The notes under the pieces are model-generated. The model did no database searches. It was not told where the DNA came from and saw only the letters and a program-made list of their open reading frames with translations. A stretch of 56,556 nt of DNA, the filler included, from Sphacelaria rigidula (taxonomy: Eukaryota): NCBI GenBank assembly GCA_964200075.2. It is 4 parts of 4 records of this genome, joined end to end, with 100 filler letters (N's around TTAATTAATTAA, not from the genome) between each part and the next. Parts side by side here need not be neighbours in the genome. Positions count along the whole stretch, not along the records: positions 1 to 14,065 come from CAXNAA020002476.1; positions 14,166 to 28,229 come from CAXNAA020002477.1; 2 more parts are not named here. The stretch is one strand, 5' to 3'. Shown here in pieces: positions 12,331 to 24,579 of this stretch; the first letter of the stretch is position 1; the number at the start of each line of letters is the position of its first letter. Made by a program: the position numbers and the translations under genes.

Positions 12331-13603
12331 GTGAGCATGATTTCTTTGTTGTGTGCGATGGGTGGTTATCTCTCATTGATCGTCCTGTGTTGCGTGCTTG
12401 GTTCGTATGCACAGCATCGAATCCATTCCCGCGTTTCACAAGATGCGAACACCTTCGAGACTCACCAACCTATTAATAATATTATAATATGAATATGATG
12501 GTAGAAGTCGAACTCACCTGCCTTGATCTATGTAGCGCTAGGGGAAGTGTTCTTTCCTAAGCTTGGATGCGAGAAGCATGACGGGGGAGTTGCCCCACAA
12601 GGAGTATCGTACTCTGTGTGTGGCCGAAAATTCATGCGCTTACGGTTCTTGGGGGCTAACTTTCCGGTTGCTGTGGAAACGCAACGCGCCCAACTCACCC
12701 CACTGCCGTCTCCGGACCAACGCCAGATGGAGTAGATTCGACGTTGATTCGAAAATTGAAACTTCAATTGAAAATTCAAACCGAAAACGTGCAGTGGTAC
12801 TGTACCTGCTGTATATTGCACATGCAATTGCTGCACATCGACTGAACTGTCATCACAGGAAAGTACAAAATAGGCGGTACAAATGCCAGCGAGCACGAGC
12901 GCTCAACCGGGCTCTTTGAGGAGCGCGGTCTTGTATATTGGCTCTCAAAGAGAAAACGTGTGGGACTTTCCCCCTTCCCCCTTACAAACCTACGATGAGA
13001 GGTTTGAGAGCACCCCGACTTTACTGTGTCAAATGCTCTACTCGCTTCGTTTGCAGACCTTATACGGCATTTTCTGTTGATTGTGTTGTCGTCCCGTTTA
13101 TTCAGTGTCTTCGTGTCTGTAGCTGCAAGCTGTTTTGAGGTACTTTGCAGCAGTTGTGGGCAATTTCAACTGTGCGAAGCAAACGGGGACGGGTGATGTG
13201 CTGAGCGACGACGGACCATACTGCCCCTGAGCGTTGAGGTTCCTGCAGTACCTGCAGGCTGGTTCACGCTTATCGCCCCAAATTTTGTCATCGGTTATGC
13301 CTTCCGCAATACCTCCTCCCCAATCAATCAAAAGTCGTATACATGGTATCATGTTGTTCCCAATGAACAATCAAAGAGGGTGGCATAGCGTCACGTGTGC
13401 TTTAAGACTATATCGGTGATACCAAGGGCAACATGGTACCTCCACCCATCAATGTCTTTCAGATTGTTCTAAAATCGAAGGTGCAGATCATCAACCCAAG
13501 TTGAACCCGGTGGCTCGGTAAGCCATCGCGATTCCTGCTGACCGGTGGGTTTCGGGAACGAACCTCGCAACGATCAGTTTTTCTCTTTCAGGGCCCAACA
13601 CTG

Positions 13604-13961
13604 TGTGTGTGTCGCCTCATTTCTTTGTGGACGCCGGTCTGCACCTTTAGGTATATGTGGGCGCACCAGCCGGGGTCACACAGCATAAAGGTCAACACAG
13701 GAGTGTTCGCTTTTTGTTTATTTTTTCTTCTCCACCTTCCTTCTGCTGTGCTTGCCTGCTATTTTATATCGCGAGAAGGGTTCAGCAGTTCCTTTCCCTC
13801 GTCGACCAGTAAGTCGACTTCTGCGTACCCACGACATTGTCGCTCTCCACTACTCTTGGGCATCGTGTGAGAAAAAATCCCAGATCGCTCCGAGATTCGA
13901 ACCCGCGATCCAACCGTTGAAAGGTTTCGAGATCACCAACTGAGCCACCGGGGCGACCGGT
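13604..13961 (-). mobile_element. tRNA-derived SINE, copy 1
   Basis: Minus strand starts ACCGGTCGCCCCGG with A-box TGGCTCAGTTGG and B-box GGTTCGAATCT. Has a non-tRNA body and a (CA)n tail. Homologous to 52470-52758. Confidence 0.85.
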
Positions 13962-14009
13962 AACAGTGGGGAGTGACTATATCCTGGGTACACAAAATTC
14001 GACTTAATG

Positions 14010-14065
14010 CGTGTGTGTGTGTAGTGTTGTCGTCCCATTTATTCTGGGCACCAGTCTACACCTTT
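14010..14065 (-). mobile_element. 3' end of another copy of the same SINE, cut by the scaffold end
   Basis: Reverse complement AAAGGTGTAGACTGGTGCCCAGAATAAATGGGACGACAACACTACACACAC matches the tail of 52470-52758. Confidence 0.75.
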
Positions 14066-14165
14066 NNNNNNNNNNNNNNNNNNNNNNNNNNNNNNNNNNN
14101 NNNNNNNNNTTAATTAATTAANNNNNNNNNNNNNNNNNNNNNNNNNNNNNNNNNNNNNNNNNNNN
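14066..14165. other. Artificial 100-bp scaffold spacer
   Basis: N44-TTAATTAATTAA-N44; the 12-mer gives stops in all six frames. Confidence 0.98.
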
Positions 14166-16217
14166 GTCTTCCGTGCAATAGAGAAATGCCACTTCAACCC
14201 CATATTTTGTATGAACCCCAAAATTTAAAATCGGCTGTTAGTTCTCCCTGCTTACAATGCGACGTGAAGAGGACTTCAGCAACGTGCAGCTTTGTACAGA
14301 CTGTACTATCCATGAGCATGCACGAAAGTCGGTTGCCCACCGTACCATGCAGTTCTGTCGCTGATGCCCATCATAAGAGAAGACGTCCAAGTTTTCACCA
14401 ACCAAACTTAACAAGGCATACCCAGCTACTGCAGTGTATCTATCCACAAGTGATAGCGTGCTGTTCACCTCCCCTGTCCAAGTACAGGCTGTACTCTGCA
14501 AGCACAGAGAGTACAGTAGTGACGGTGTCATACTGTATACAGTCCGTCTTCAGGTTCTAAAACTAGAAAACACTGCAGAACCGCCGTGTTGTCTTGTCTT
14601 GTTTTCAGTGCAGAACTCGGCACTCCATATACTGCTGCAGAATTGTCTCGTTTTCAGTGTACTACCCTGTACTCCAGATAATGGGGTCATGGCTTGAGCG
14701 GTTCTTGAAAAATTCTGCTTGTTTTTTCTGTCACAGAAATCCAATACCGGATCTGGAATAGACTGAGAAAACAACCAATTTCAAATCTGGAATCATTATT
14801 GGAGCAGAATGCGGGATACGGACGGAGCGAAATGTAAACGTTGCGATGAGAAACACGTGTCATCGTCGAACACCGTCCGAAAGCAACTATAATAGCTGTA
14901 CCCTTCGAGAAATAATATACGACCCACAGTTCGACGTCAAGAATGAAAATGAATACACACGTATGTATATACATATACACAAATGTATATTGAATTGAAC
15001 AAAAGAACTGTCGAGACTCCGATGGAGTCAGAATTCATTTTCATCGCATGTGAGCGATACTTCCCCAGCAGAACCGTAATAATAAACAGTTGTATATCCA
15101 CATCTATCTATTTCTTCGAGCCGCATTTCAAGGCTTCTCGCGTGTCGCTCGCTTGTCGCCCAAGCACTGCAGTGCCCTGCTCTCATGAAAATTCGTGCAC
15201 AAATATGTTCACCCACACACATCTCGTACTGCGAAAACATGTGTATCAAGCAAGACTTCAAGGACGAAAAAACGCGCTCGACTCGAACAACAAATAAAAA
15301 CTTGACGGCAAAACGACTTATCCATCAGTCGACCAGTAACGTCAGGCCTAGATAAGCGACCGTAGGGATATTAGTGTCTGTCTTTTGCAAGCTCGAAGGC
15401 ATCTACTCTTGTACCGTTGTTGAGGTTTTGTGTATCAATCATATCAGCTTACAGCACTAGACTTCGGTAGACCAACGCGGCTATAACCACCAGTACCGCC
15501 ACAACTACGTACAAAGAATACACGGACACGACAAACGATGAGGCATTTTGGGTAACACTTGTTTTTAATCGAGACAGCATTGTTACCACAACACGCAGTA
15601 CTCGCGCGGCAAAAAAATAGCGTCAACAAGAAGAGAGAATAGAAAAAGTGGAACGCAGTTTTTTTGGGACAACTCAAGAGCAAAACGAAAAAATCCCCGC
15701 CGATTTTTTCTCTTGTATCAAGAAAATTGAATGTCGTTCTCCTTTTCCCAATCCCTCCCCTCGTCTTGCAGTACAGTTGATGTTTGTATAATACATTATT
15801 TCCACGTTCAAGATTCACATGAAAAACAGCACGAACTGGCGGGCAAACACGATACCCGTGCCCCAAAAACATTATGCATCACCAACGTCAAGTAGACAGC
15901 GGGTTTGTCGAGACACGACGTGGTCAAAGTATCTGCAATAAACTTGCACTGCGAAGCAGAGTCACCGTGTTGGCGCTCCTCTTTCTGCCTTGTCCTCCCC
16001 ACCGTTGTCTCACATTGACTTCAACTCAACATCCGCTTGAAATCAATCACTAACGAAATCAAAAGCACATACACGAGAAAGTCACACAAAAATAAAGCAT
16101 ACACCCACAAGTGACACACGAAAAATACAACCGCCAACAAAATGACAAGCGCGACACATCGATCAAATTTTACAGAGACAACACGAGACAACATCCACAC
16201 ACGCGGTTTGTCTATCG

Positions 16218-18281
16218 TCACGCAGGGCCCGAGCTCGCTGATGACGGCGTCGCTCGTCGCCACTCTTCCTCCTCCTCAAGCCTCTGTGCAAGCGCCAAGA
16301 TAGACCCCGTCTCCATCAAAAAGCTCACCAGCTTTTCATTCTCCACCAGCGCCTCTCTGTCGCTTCCAGCCCCACCACACGGACTTTTTGAAGCACTACA
16401 ATTGGAGACGGTAATATTGTTCGTTCGTATGTTACCACGCTGTGCCTCCTCCTGCTGCTGCTGTTGCTGTTGCTGCGATTTCGCGCAAGTGTCGCGTTGT
16501 GCTACAGATTTCTGGGACGGCATACTGTCTGAGGTTCCACGGCGAACGGCACTGCCGCCCGTACCGACCCCGTTACCCCGCTCTCCAGGCATCGCGGATA
16601 CCCGATTTGGTGACGCCAAGGGGCGTTGCGACAATGCTTGCGTCGTCGAGAGCGCCGCGGATGGGCCCAACGGCTTGAACGCCGCGTTGATGCCGGGCGG
16701 GAACGGGCGGGAACGAGGCGATGACTTGGACGCAGCCACCGCCGCCGCTGCAACGGGCTGTTGTGATTGACCGATCACACCAGAACGTCCAGTGGCGACG
16801 CTTCCACCCCCCGGAGGTGGTCGCGTCGCAGATGCCTGTGGTGGTATGCCAATCACGCCGGGTCGTCCGGAAACCCCGCCTCCACGCGCCGGAGCTCTCG
16901 ACATCGGCATTGATCCGATCCCAGTCGCAACGGCGCTCGGCAACGTAACCGGTTTCGGTGCGGGAGTCGAGGGATGCGGGAGTGTCCCGTTTGCCGTAGG
17001 CAGTGCAGGTGGTATAGTAACCGGTCGGGTGGAGGGCGCTGGCGTTGTGCCCCACACAAACCCCTGTCCTGGGCTTGCTGCCTGCCGTTGATTCGTGGGC
17101 TGAGTCCCCTTTGGTTGTACACCCCTTCTTGTTTGTCCGCTTACTGCCGCGGACGACGGTACCGCCCGGACGTTACCATTGCTTGCAGGTAACGTTGGAG
17201 AAGGGCTGGACGCATCTGGCGTCCCTGCAGACACGGGAGTTCGCTTGGTACCGGCAGGAGAAACGCCCCACGGGTTTCCGCTTCTGGTCAACGATGCCAC
17301 AGGCGCCACCGCAGGCGACGGCTGGGCAGCCACGGGGACAACCCGAGGCGCCACTGCGACACCAGCACCAGCCACACCGGCCGCTTTCCCCCCAGCTGCC
17401 GACGGTGCGCGAGGCGGAGACACACCAGTAGCTTTCGATTTCGCGGCTATCCTGCCCACCGAGGCAGGCCCCGACTCGCTGGCCCACTCAACAACTGACG
17501 AGCCCGCCCCACCTCCCGGCGGGGTGGCCGCCGCTGCAGCTGCTGCACCCGATGCCGCCGGTGTTGCCCCGCCGCCTCCAACAGCTGCCACTTCTCGCTG
17601 GCCCTTCTTTCGCTTCGCGAGCTTTGCGCCTGGGGGACCCGCCCCCGCCCCTGCCTTGCCGCGCACGACGACCCAAGGCTCCTCGCTGTCGTCGTCTTTA
17701 CTGCCACCGCCGCTGCCACCAAAACCACCACTGCTCCTTTGTGCGTTGGAACCGCCGACGCGCGAGGCCGTGGAGGCTTTGACGAGTGCGGGAGCTGCCG
17801 CTACGGTGGACGGGGACTTTGATCCACTCGCCTGCTGTTGGCGATTACCCGACTTGTTCTGTTTCGACTCTCCACCACGCGACGAGCGTTTCGGCTGCTG
17901 CTTCTGCTGCCCCCCGCCTCCTGTAGTCTGTGAATCCAACGAATCGCTGGCAACCGAGATTGATGCCGGCGCCGCCGTCGCTTGTTTGCTGCCTCTTTTT
18001 CGCGTTCGGGTCGGGCTTACAGCCGGATCCGCAGTTGAAGTAGCAGTAGCCCCAGTTGCGCTACTGGCGGGACCTGCTACTGCCTTGACCGCTGCGGTGA
18101 CAGCCGCGGCGGTGGCGCTGATCAAAGCAGCAGCCGATGAGGCGCTACTGCTGTTGCTGCCATTGGGGAGAGAAGCTATGTTTCGCGTATGTTTGGTGGG
18201 GGATGACGGGCTGTACTCGTCCTCGCTGTTGCTTTCGGTGGACGCACTGCTGTGCGATTCCTTTCCTCTTTCGCTGCCAGT
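16218..18281 (-). CDS. Terminal exon (687 aa, Ala/Gly/Ser/Pro-rich, polyQ) of the Cys-rich unknown protein
   Basis: Acceptor ctcgtcAG at 18283-18282 is in frame with the 635-aa ORF. 2 kb of open GC-rich frame ending ..NEKLVSFLMETGSILALAQRLEEEEEWRRATPSSASSGPA*. Confidence 0.88.
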   Translation of the reverse strand, partial: TGSERGKESHSSASTESNSEDEYSPSSPTKHTRNIASLPNGSNSSSASSAAALISATAAAVTAAVKAVAGPASSATGATATSTADPAVSPTRTRKRGSKQATAAPASISVASDSLDSQTTGGGGQQKQQPKRSSRGGESKQNKSGNRQQQASGSKSPSTVAAAPALVKASTASRVGGSNAQRSSGGFGGSGGGSKDDDSEEPWVVVRGKAGAGAGPPGAKLAKRKKGQREVAAVGGGGATPAASGAAAAAAATPPGGGAGSSVVEWASESGPASVGRIAAKSKATGVSPPRAPSAAGGKAAGVAGAGVAVAPRVVPVAAQPSPAVAPVASLTRSGNPWGVSPAGTKRTPVSAGTPDASSPSPTLPASNGNVRAVPSSAAVSGQTRRGVQPKGTQPTNQRQAASPGQGFVWGTTPAPSTRPVTIPPALPTANGTLPHPSTPAPKPVTLPSAVATGIGSMPMSRAPARGGGVSGRPGVIGIPPQASATRPPPGGGSVATGRSGVIGQSQQPVAAAAVAASKSSPRSRPFPPGINAAFKPLGPSAALSTTQALSQRPLASPNRVSAMPGERGNGVGTGGSAVRRGTSDSMPSQKSVAQRDTCAKSQQQQQQQQEEAQRGNIRTNNITVSNCSASKSPCGGAGSDREALVENEKLVSFLMETGSILALAQRLEEEEEWRRATPSSASSGPA

Positions 18282-18446
18282 CTGACGAGCGAGTTTTGAT
18301 GTAACGGTTGAGGGATGTGGGAGATATTCAAGATGGATTCACGGGCGAACCATCAGCATGACAAGCCACAAACAGCGTGGCAAAACATCAATACCACATT
18401 TCACGAAACAAGAGCAAGAAAATAACAACCTCCCAAAACCCACTTC

Positions 18447-18900
18447 TATGGCAACGAATCTCGATTTGTACAAATATGAGGATTTCAGTACGTCTACAGG
18501 CGATTTTCTCCCGTGGATAGATTTTTCGGACCCCAGTCCGTTGGGCAATGTTTTTCGGCTAGCTGAGAGCAAACCAGATCAAGTCCCCCTGCCTCTCTAT
18601 GGACATTGACTTTTGGTTCACCTCATTTTTGCCAAAATCGGGAAACTCCCGCATTTCTCCCGATTTTTTTGAAAAATCGGGGGAGAATCGCGGGACATGC
18701 GGGAGTGTCCCAATTTCAGAAGAACGGTGATGTATCGAAAGTCAACGCCCAGAAAATCGGAGAACTGATCTGGGTTGCTCACAGCTAGCCGAAAAATATT
18801 GCCCAATGGACTGGGGTCCGAAAAATCTATCCACGGGAGAAAATCGCCTGTAGACGGGCTGAAATCCTCATATTTGTACAAATCGAGATTCGTTGCCATA
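18447..18900. mobile_element. Palindromic MITE with ~140-bp near-perfect TIRs, intronic
   Basis: 18447-18585 is almost the exact reverse complement of 18762-18900. The same peptide appears on both strands in the ORF track. Termini TA|TGGCAACG...CGTTGCCA|TA. Confidence 0.88.
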
Positions 18901-19753
18901 CAGGTGGATCTAAATAAAACAAAAAAAGCCCTTTTTTTTCTCATCACGAGTTGGAGTGTTGCAATCAACTACGTAATGGGAGACAATCATTTTCTGGGGT
19001 TTTTTCGCTGCTCCTGACCACGGCCTGGATTGTGGCAATCAGCTAATGTGAGATAATCAATCAATCAGCGCGTGACGACCCAATACCGCCACGAAAACTG
19101 TTCACCACGGGCGCTGTGTCCAGACGCTAGTTGTTCGGTCTGGGCTGGCGGATGCAGTGTGGAACACACACAGGTTGAAAACCATGACCCTAGAGGAAGT
19201 GTCGTGTTGGGGACCATAGAGCTAGAAAGGCTGCTCTTCGTGGGTGATGATCCTCGTGGAATTTGTCCACAGAACTAGAATCCGTTCGAGAAACGCCAAG
19301 AACGTAGTTTCCACACATGAGCAAAAAACGAAGTCATGGATCGCTCGCGTAATTTTGAAACGCACACATCATCTCCCTTTCCCACAAAATGACTTCTCAA
19401 TCTCCGCAACACCCTCCACGCCACGCCACCATGCACATGCACCCGTCGCACGTCGAACATCAACGTACCTACCAATGTACCGGTACATACAACCGAAGAC
19501 AAATTTCCTGCGGTTGTTGCACACAAAATAACGCCGCGTCCAACAGCCAGCGTCAGTCGTAGAGCCTCACCACCACTTCCGACCCAGCGGAGCATGCAAT
19601 ATGACGCAGGCTATTTTCACTGTGCCGACCGTCCGCGTGTGCGCACAACCGCCCAGCTAAACGCCGATATGACAAAAGAGCAAACCATGATACAGGTAGA
19701 CCCAAGCACAAACTCAAGAAAAATCAACGCTACCAAGATCAGTTTTGACGCAC

Positions 19754-19990
19754 CTTGTCCCCGAGAGCTCTAGACCGCTGCTTAACGGTCAACCCTGCCC
19801 CCAGCTCGCTCCCCGCAACTTTCTTTGTTGCCCCACGCTGCGCACCGACACTCCTTCCATTTCCCCCGTTAGACTCCTCAACACGCTTCTTTTCATCTCT
19901 TCCGCCCGCCCCCTGCCCCTTGGCAGGCGACGGCGTCGACGCGCTCGTGTCCTTGGTAGACGCGAGTTTCTTCTTCTCTTTCTTTTTAGC
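19754..19990 (-). CDS. Internal exon of the Cys-rich unknown protein
   Basis: AKKKEKKKLASTKD...KQRSRALGDK between acceptor gaaAG and donor GTGCGT. Phase 0/0. Confidence 0.75.
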
Positions 19991-21307
19991 CTTTCCATAC
20001 GTATGCGTGGGACATGACACAGAAGGGGCACGTTGAAGTTGAAAAACTAGTGAGGAGAGGTCGACGGAGCTGCGGGAGTGCTGACTTAAATGCCTCATCA
20101 AAAAAGTGAAGCCAAGGCATGTCTCGGAGGGTTGAGGTGGGTTGATTTCTCAAGACTGCGGATTTATCTCGAGGGGGGGGAGGAGAAAGGGGGGCGGGGG
20201 GTGAAAGCTGCGAAACAAACATGAGAGATTTTGCAGGTTGCATGAAGAGAGGTGCACAATGTGACTGTAACATGCCCCGTCATCATCGAAGACTTTGCCT
20301 GGGTTCTCCTCGACTTTGAACGTATTTTAGCTCATAGGTCGAGTGTATAATGGGTCAGATACGACTCAATTATCACCCAACACATATTTCTGCGCGGCTA
20401 TCGAGGATACTTCAGACGTTGCTACAAGAGAGACCCACGGACGGTGCTTACAATATAGCTCACCCTGGGCTACAAGTCTACGGAGTATAGCTCCTCACTT
20501 CACCGTGGTTCACCGAACATGCGATACACCTCGTGAGTGGTAGTAGGACGGGTCTTTACTTGAAGGCAGGAGTGGGGTGCGTATTTCGACTGCCAGTGGT
20601 GGGGCTTACCGTCCCGCTCATACAGTATGAAGTACAACATGACAAATACTCAAACAAGAATGGACCAGGAAAATAGTTCATGACAGGCAGTCTCAGACTT
20701 GGAGGTATGCACACTCGTTCTCGTGTGTAGAGGTTGAGGACACCGCTTGGAGTGAGGAGATGTACAGCTCAAGTAGCTGCTTCTCCCTCCCCGGAGTACA
20801 ACAACACCCCAGTGACGGAGCGGACACGACCCGAGGTGGTGGAATATCCGCTCTACATAACCACAGATTCATGTAGAGGATACGGTATTCCTACGGGTAT
20901 ATGTGAGCGTGTGTAGGACATGGGTGCACCCTAATACTCACAGTCCAGGATGTACGAAGTGCTTCGCTTGTAGGATATATGTATCACGGAACGTAGATGT
21001 CGAGCGAACAGTTATGGGTGGCAAAATGAACGCGTCACCTCGAAATGACAACCACGCTGATCTAAAATGTACTGTTCTTTTTGTACGTTGTACAACGAAC
21101 GTGTAACAGACGTCTCTGTACAAATGTACACAGGGTCACAACAAGAGAATATAAACTGCTGCTCGTGTTGTTGCTGTGCCTCTCTTGCAGTAGACCAAAG
21201 CTTTGGTCGTATAGATATGGTTGACAACATGACTACTTGATTTTAGAGTTGAGAGAGTTCTGAGAAAAAATTGGTTTGGGGCAGGTGAGCAGTGAACTCA
21301 GCTCGTC

Positions 21308-21420
21308 CAGAACATGTTCCTGTCGAAATCGGCGCCTGCGGCATCGATTTCAGGTCTGCCACCGCACACTTTGCCTAGGGAAACCTGTGCACCCCCCTTG
21401 CCCGAGGGTCTCGTACGCCT
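21308..21420 (+). repeat. Dispersed repeat shared with 45544-45660
   Basis: cagaac..gtc(g/a)aaatcgg..gattt(c/g)aggtctgccaccgcac..ttgcctag..ttgcccgagggt occurs on two scaffolds. Confidence 0.7.
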
Positions 21421-21978
21421 TTGGTTGGGGTGAGGGTTACGTTCAGCATTTTTGTTGTTTGTTCCAAAAAATCAACCATAGATATACGACCAAAGCGTTA
21501 GGTCGCCCAATTGTTGCAGCATGTTGTTGTTCCGATCGCGCAACGCTCAGATCTCGGTGGTAAAGCGGAGGATTGGACTGCAGTTTCTCGCGTGCGCCTT
21601 CCCACACACCCGAGCTACGTCCCCAAGTTACTTTTTTGCGGTTGCACGTGATATTATTTGAAGCCGCCACGAACCCAAATATATACAAAAAAAAGTGTTT
21701 TCGGCTTTTGGGGGGCTTTTCCGGTCCGCTGTCGCGACTAGAGTAACGTGTGTATGCGGGGGGCTGTGAAGTGCTGTAGGCCGGCTCGCTTTCTGTGTCG
21801 AGAACCGCGGGATCTCAAGTGCTACGGCTGTCCCATCCTAAACACAAGTTACTAAGTGATGAGGCGTGTGTTCTGTTCGTGAAGGAGGGCCTCGGCACAG
21901 GTGCGACCACCTAGTGATATGTTCTTCATTATTCCTCCGCGTTGATCATTTCTTTTTCGGATGGATTTTTGGTCGTAA

Positions 21979-22928
21979 GGCTACTCATGTATCGAAAAAT
22001 AAAACTAGCTGAAAAGTGCAATTTTGGCCCTTCTCCCTCGTTTCCCCCCCGAAATGAGGACGAGGCGGCTGTTGACATCTTGGAATGACTTGCTCTACTC
22101 CCTGAGACGGTCCCAAAGCACCTTTGCGTTTGCCGTAGGTCACGGTTTCGTTTTTAGCCAAACTTGCATTTTCAATAACAGACGGTCAAGTTTTCTAAAA
22201 ACAGGGGAAAAACTGACATTTTTTTTTGGTAACTTGACAGTTTGTTATTGAAAATGCAAGTTTGGCCAAAAGCGAAACCGTGACCTACGGCAAACGCGAA
22301 GGTGCTCAGGAACCGTCTCGGCGAGTAGAGCAAGTAATTCCAAGGTGTCAACAGCCGTCTAGCCCTCTTTTCGGGGGAAAAACGACGGGGAAGGGCCAAA
22401 CATGCACTTTTCGACAAGATAATTTTTTTGTCATAGATAAGAAGTAGCCTAGGCTACTTCGCTACTTCTCATGTATATAAAAAAAATCAACTCGTTCAAA
22501 AGTGCATATTTTCCCCTTCCCTGTCGTTTTTCCCCCGAAAAGAGGGCTAGGCGGCTTTCGACATCTTGGAATAACTTCCTCCACTAGCTGAGACGGTTCT
22601 GAGCACCTTTGCGTTCCCCGTAGGTCATGCTTTCATTTTGGGCCAAACTTGCGTTTTCAAAAACGAACGGTCAAGTTACCAAAAAAATATCAGTTTTCCT
22701 CCTGTTATTAGATAACTTGACCGTTCGTTTTTGAAAATGTCAAGTTTGGCCAAAAACAAAACCGTGACCTACGGGGGACGCAAAGGTGCTCTGGAACCGT
22801 CTCAGCGAGTAGAGCAGATTATTCCAAGGTGCCACCAGCCGCCTAGTCCCCTTTTCGGAGGAAAAACGACGAAGGGCCAAAAATGCACTTTTCAACAGGT
22901 TTTATTTTTCGATACTTGAAAAGTAGCC
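21979..22928. mobile_element. Two abutting palindromic PIF/Harbinger-like MITEs (21979-22449 and 22452-22928)
   Basis: Each unit has ~210-bp inverted arms and GGCTAC..GTAGCC ends. Outer flanks are TAA and TAA, and the junction is GTAGCC-TA-GGCTAC. Confidence 0.85.
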
Positions 22929-23113
22929 TAAGGCCCTCATTCCTACCCATAACAGTATCCGTTGATGTCCTTGAACAATCAAAGTATCTGACGTTGCCTC
23001 CGCGCGAAAGGTGATCCTCGGGAGTAAATGCGCGACTCTTCACTCCCAACCACCACCTGCACCAAATAGTCAACTCATGTATACCGTAGACGTTCATGCT
23101 ACTTGTGCCCCAC

Positions 23114-23191
23114 CTTCTTGCTCTTTTTGGCAGCCTGCTGCGCTTGCTTGCCCAGCTTCTCCTTGCCTTCCAAATCCTGCCACAACTTGTC
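23114..23191 (-). CDS. Internal exon of the Cys-rich unknown protein
   Basis: Acceptor ttttgtttgcAG, then DKLWQDLEGKEKLGKQAQQAAKKSKK, then donor GTGGGG. The Lys-rich run continues into the next exon. This frame is not in the ORF track. Confidence 0.75.
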
Positions 23192-24234
23192 CTGCAAACA
23201 AAACCGCGATAAGTGAGCGTCAGCGAGCAGTAAGACCCAATACGAAACCTACTATGCGTGATATGAATCGGATTTCGGAAAACAATCACCTCAATCCCCG
23301 AGCCCGCGTCATTCTTGCCTTCAAACTCGTGAGGGAAACGCATCTTGCGAGCGAGACGGGGGGTGACATGGTTGTTACGATGTCCAGTCGAAAATGTCAA
23401 TTTTCTTCCCAGGCCTTGGATGATGACCACCTCTTCGACGTCTACATGCTGCAGTCCTCCTTGACTACTCTATCTACCTCGCGCAAGTCGGAGGGAGCTC
23501 CGGTGGAGCCGTCTACTACCGCATACACATGTATCGTGAAACGCATTACACACCTGTAGCACCCTAGTACAGCCCGAGCAAAAACAAACACGGTACAGAG
23601 AGCCACCGAATTCTCAGATTTGATTAAACCGGCCACGAAACCAGGACAAAAGCTTTCGCTAGTTTTATTGCCATCGCGCCCGCATCACAAAACGGTACAC
23701 GCCATATTTTGGAGTATACGACATTTGGCAACACGCGAGCAAACACTAACACCATGTCGGAAGACAGCGGCAAAATAACATCAGGGGAATCCAGAATGGA
23801 GTACCAGGGAGCTGATGCTGTATATATACGAGCAAATGGGCTTGGGTACGTCCATCATGCGACCACGGCTGGTCCCCTGGGGGGTCAGTTAGAGTGCGAC
23901 AATCAAAGAATCAAAATCAAATGGATGGCAACACGGAAAACTTGAGGTAGGGATTGCAACTCTGTATACAAATATCTGTCATCCATCGCTGTACCGTCAC
24001 ACCGAGAGGTCGCCTATTGAGGCGTCAATTCGATGCGCATGCAGGGGAAGGGGGTTCAGAGCACTTTTTGGGGTCATCGTGTTGGGTGAAACCCATCTGG
24101 ATTTCCTTGGAAGACTCCTGTGCGCCTTGATGCACATTGGCGTCCATCGACATCTACGCCACTGATCATTCTCCAACATCAACGATCTCGGATCGCAAGG
24201 GGGAACTGTCAGCTCGCAAACCCTCGAAATATTC

Positions 24235-24404
24235 TACACCCTGGGCAATATATGGTCAACAGGTGCAATAGACAACAAGTGTACTGGGTCAAGTATAGAC
24301 CTATTGCAACTATTTGTCGGCCGTCAATATTCACAATAGGCCTTTACTTAACCCAGTACATATTTTGTCTACTGCATTTTTTTAGCATATTTGCCCAGGG
24401 TGTG
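24235..24404. mobile_element. 170-bp palindromic MITE, copy 1
   Basis: TACACCCTGGGCAA...TTGCCCAGGGTGTG. Homologous to 43709-43878 and 54469-54638. Confidence 0.8.
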
Positions 24405-24579
24405 GAATATTCAGTCGAAATATTTCCATGTCACTTGGAAAATACATCGCTGGGGTACCCCGATTTGATACATCATACTGTGTTACTCATCATGCCGATA
24501 TTTCTTTTGTTTGCTGGTATTTTTAATGGGTAGCAAGCACCCTCACTCTATGAAACAACACAACTCTCTTGCTCCTCAC

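Noticed and set aside
17179..18285. 368-aa + strand ORF and other ORFs overlapping 16218-18281
   Set aside because: Antisense shadows of a GC-rich low-complexity exon. The minus frame is longer and splices in phase.
23290..23470. Extra minus-strand exon (..VVIIQGLGRKLTFSTG..GSGIE) in the zinc-finger gene
   Set aside because: Weak acceptor and a 98-nt intron. Exons 24580-24730 and 23114-23191 already join in phase without it.
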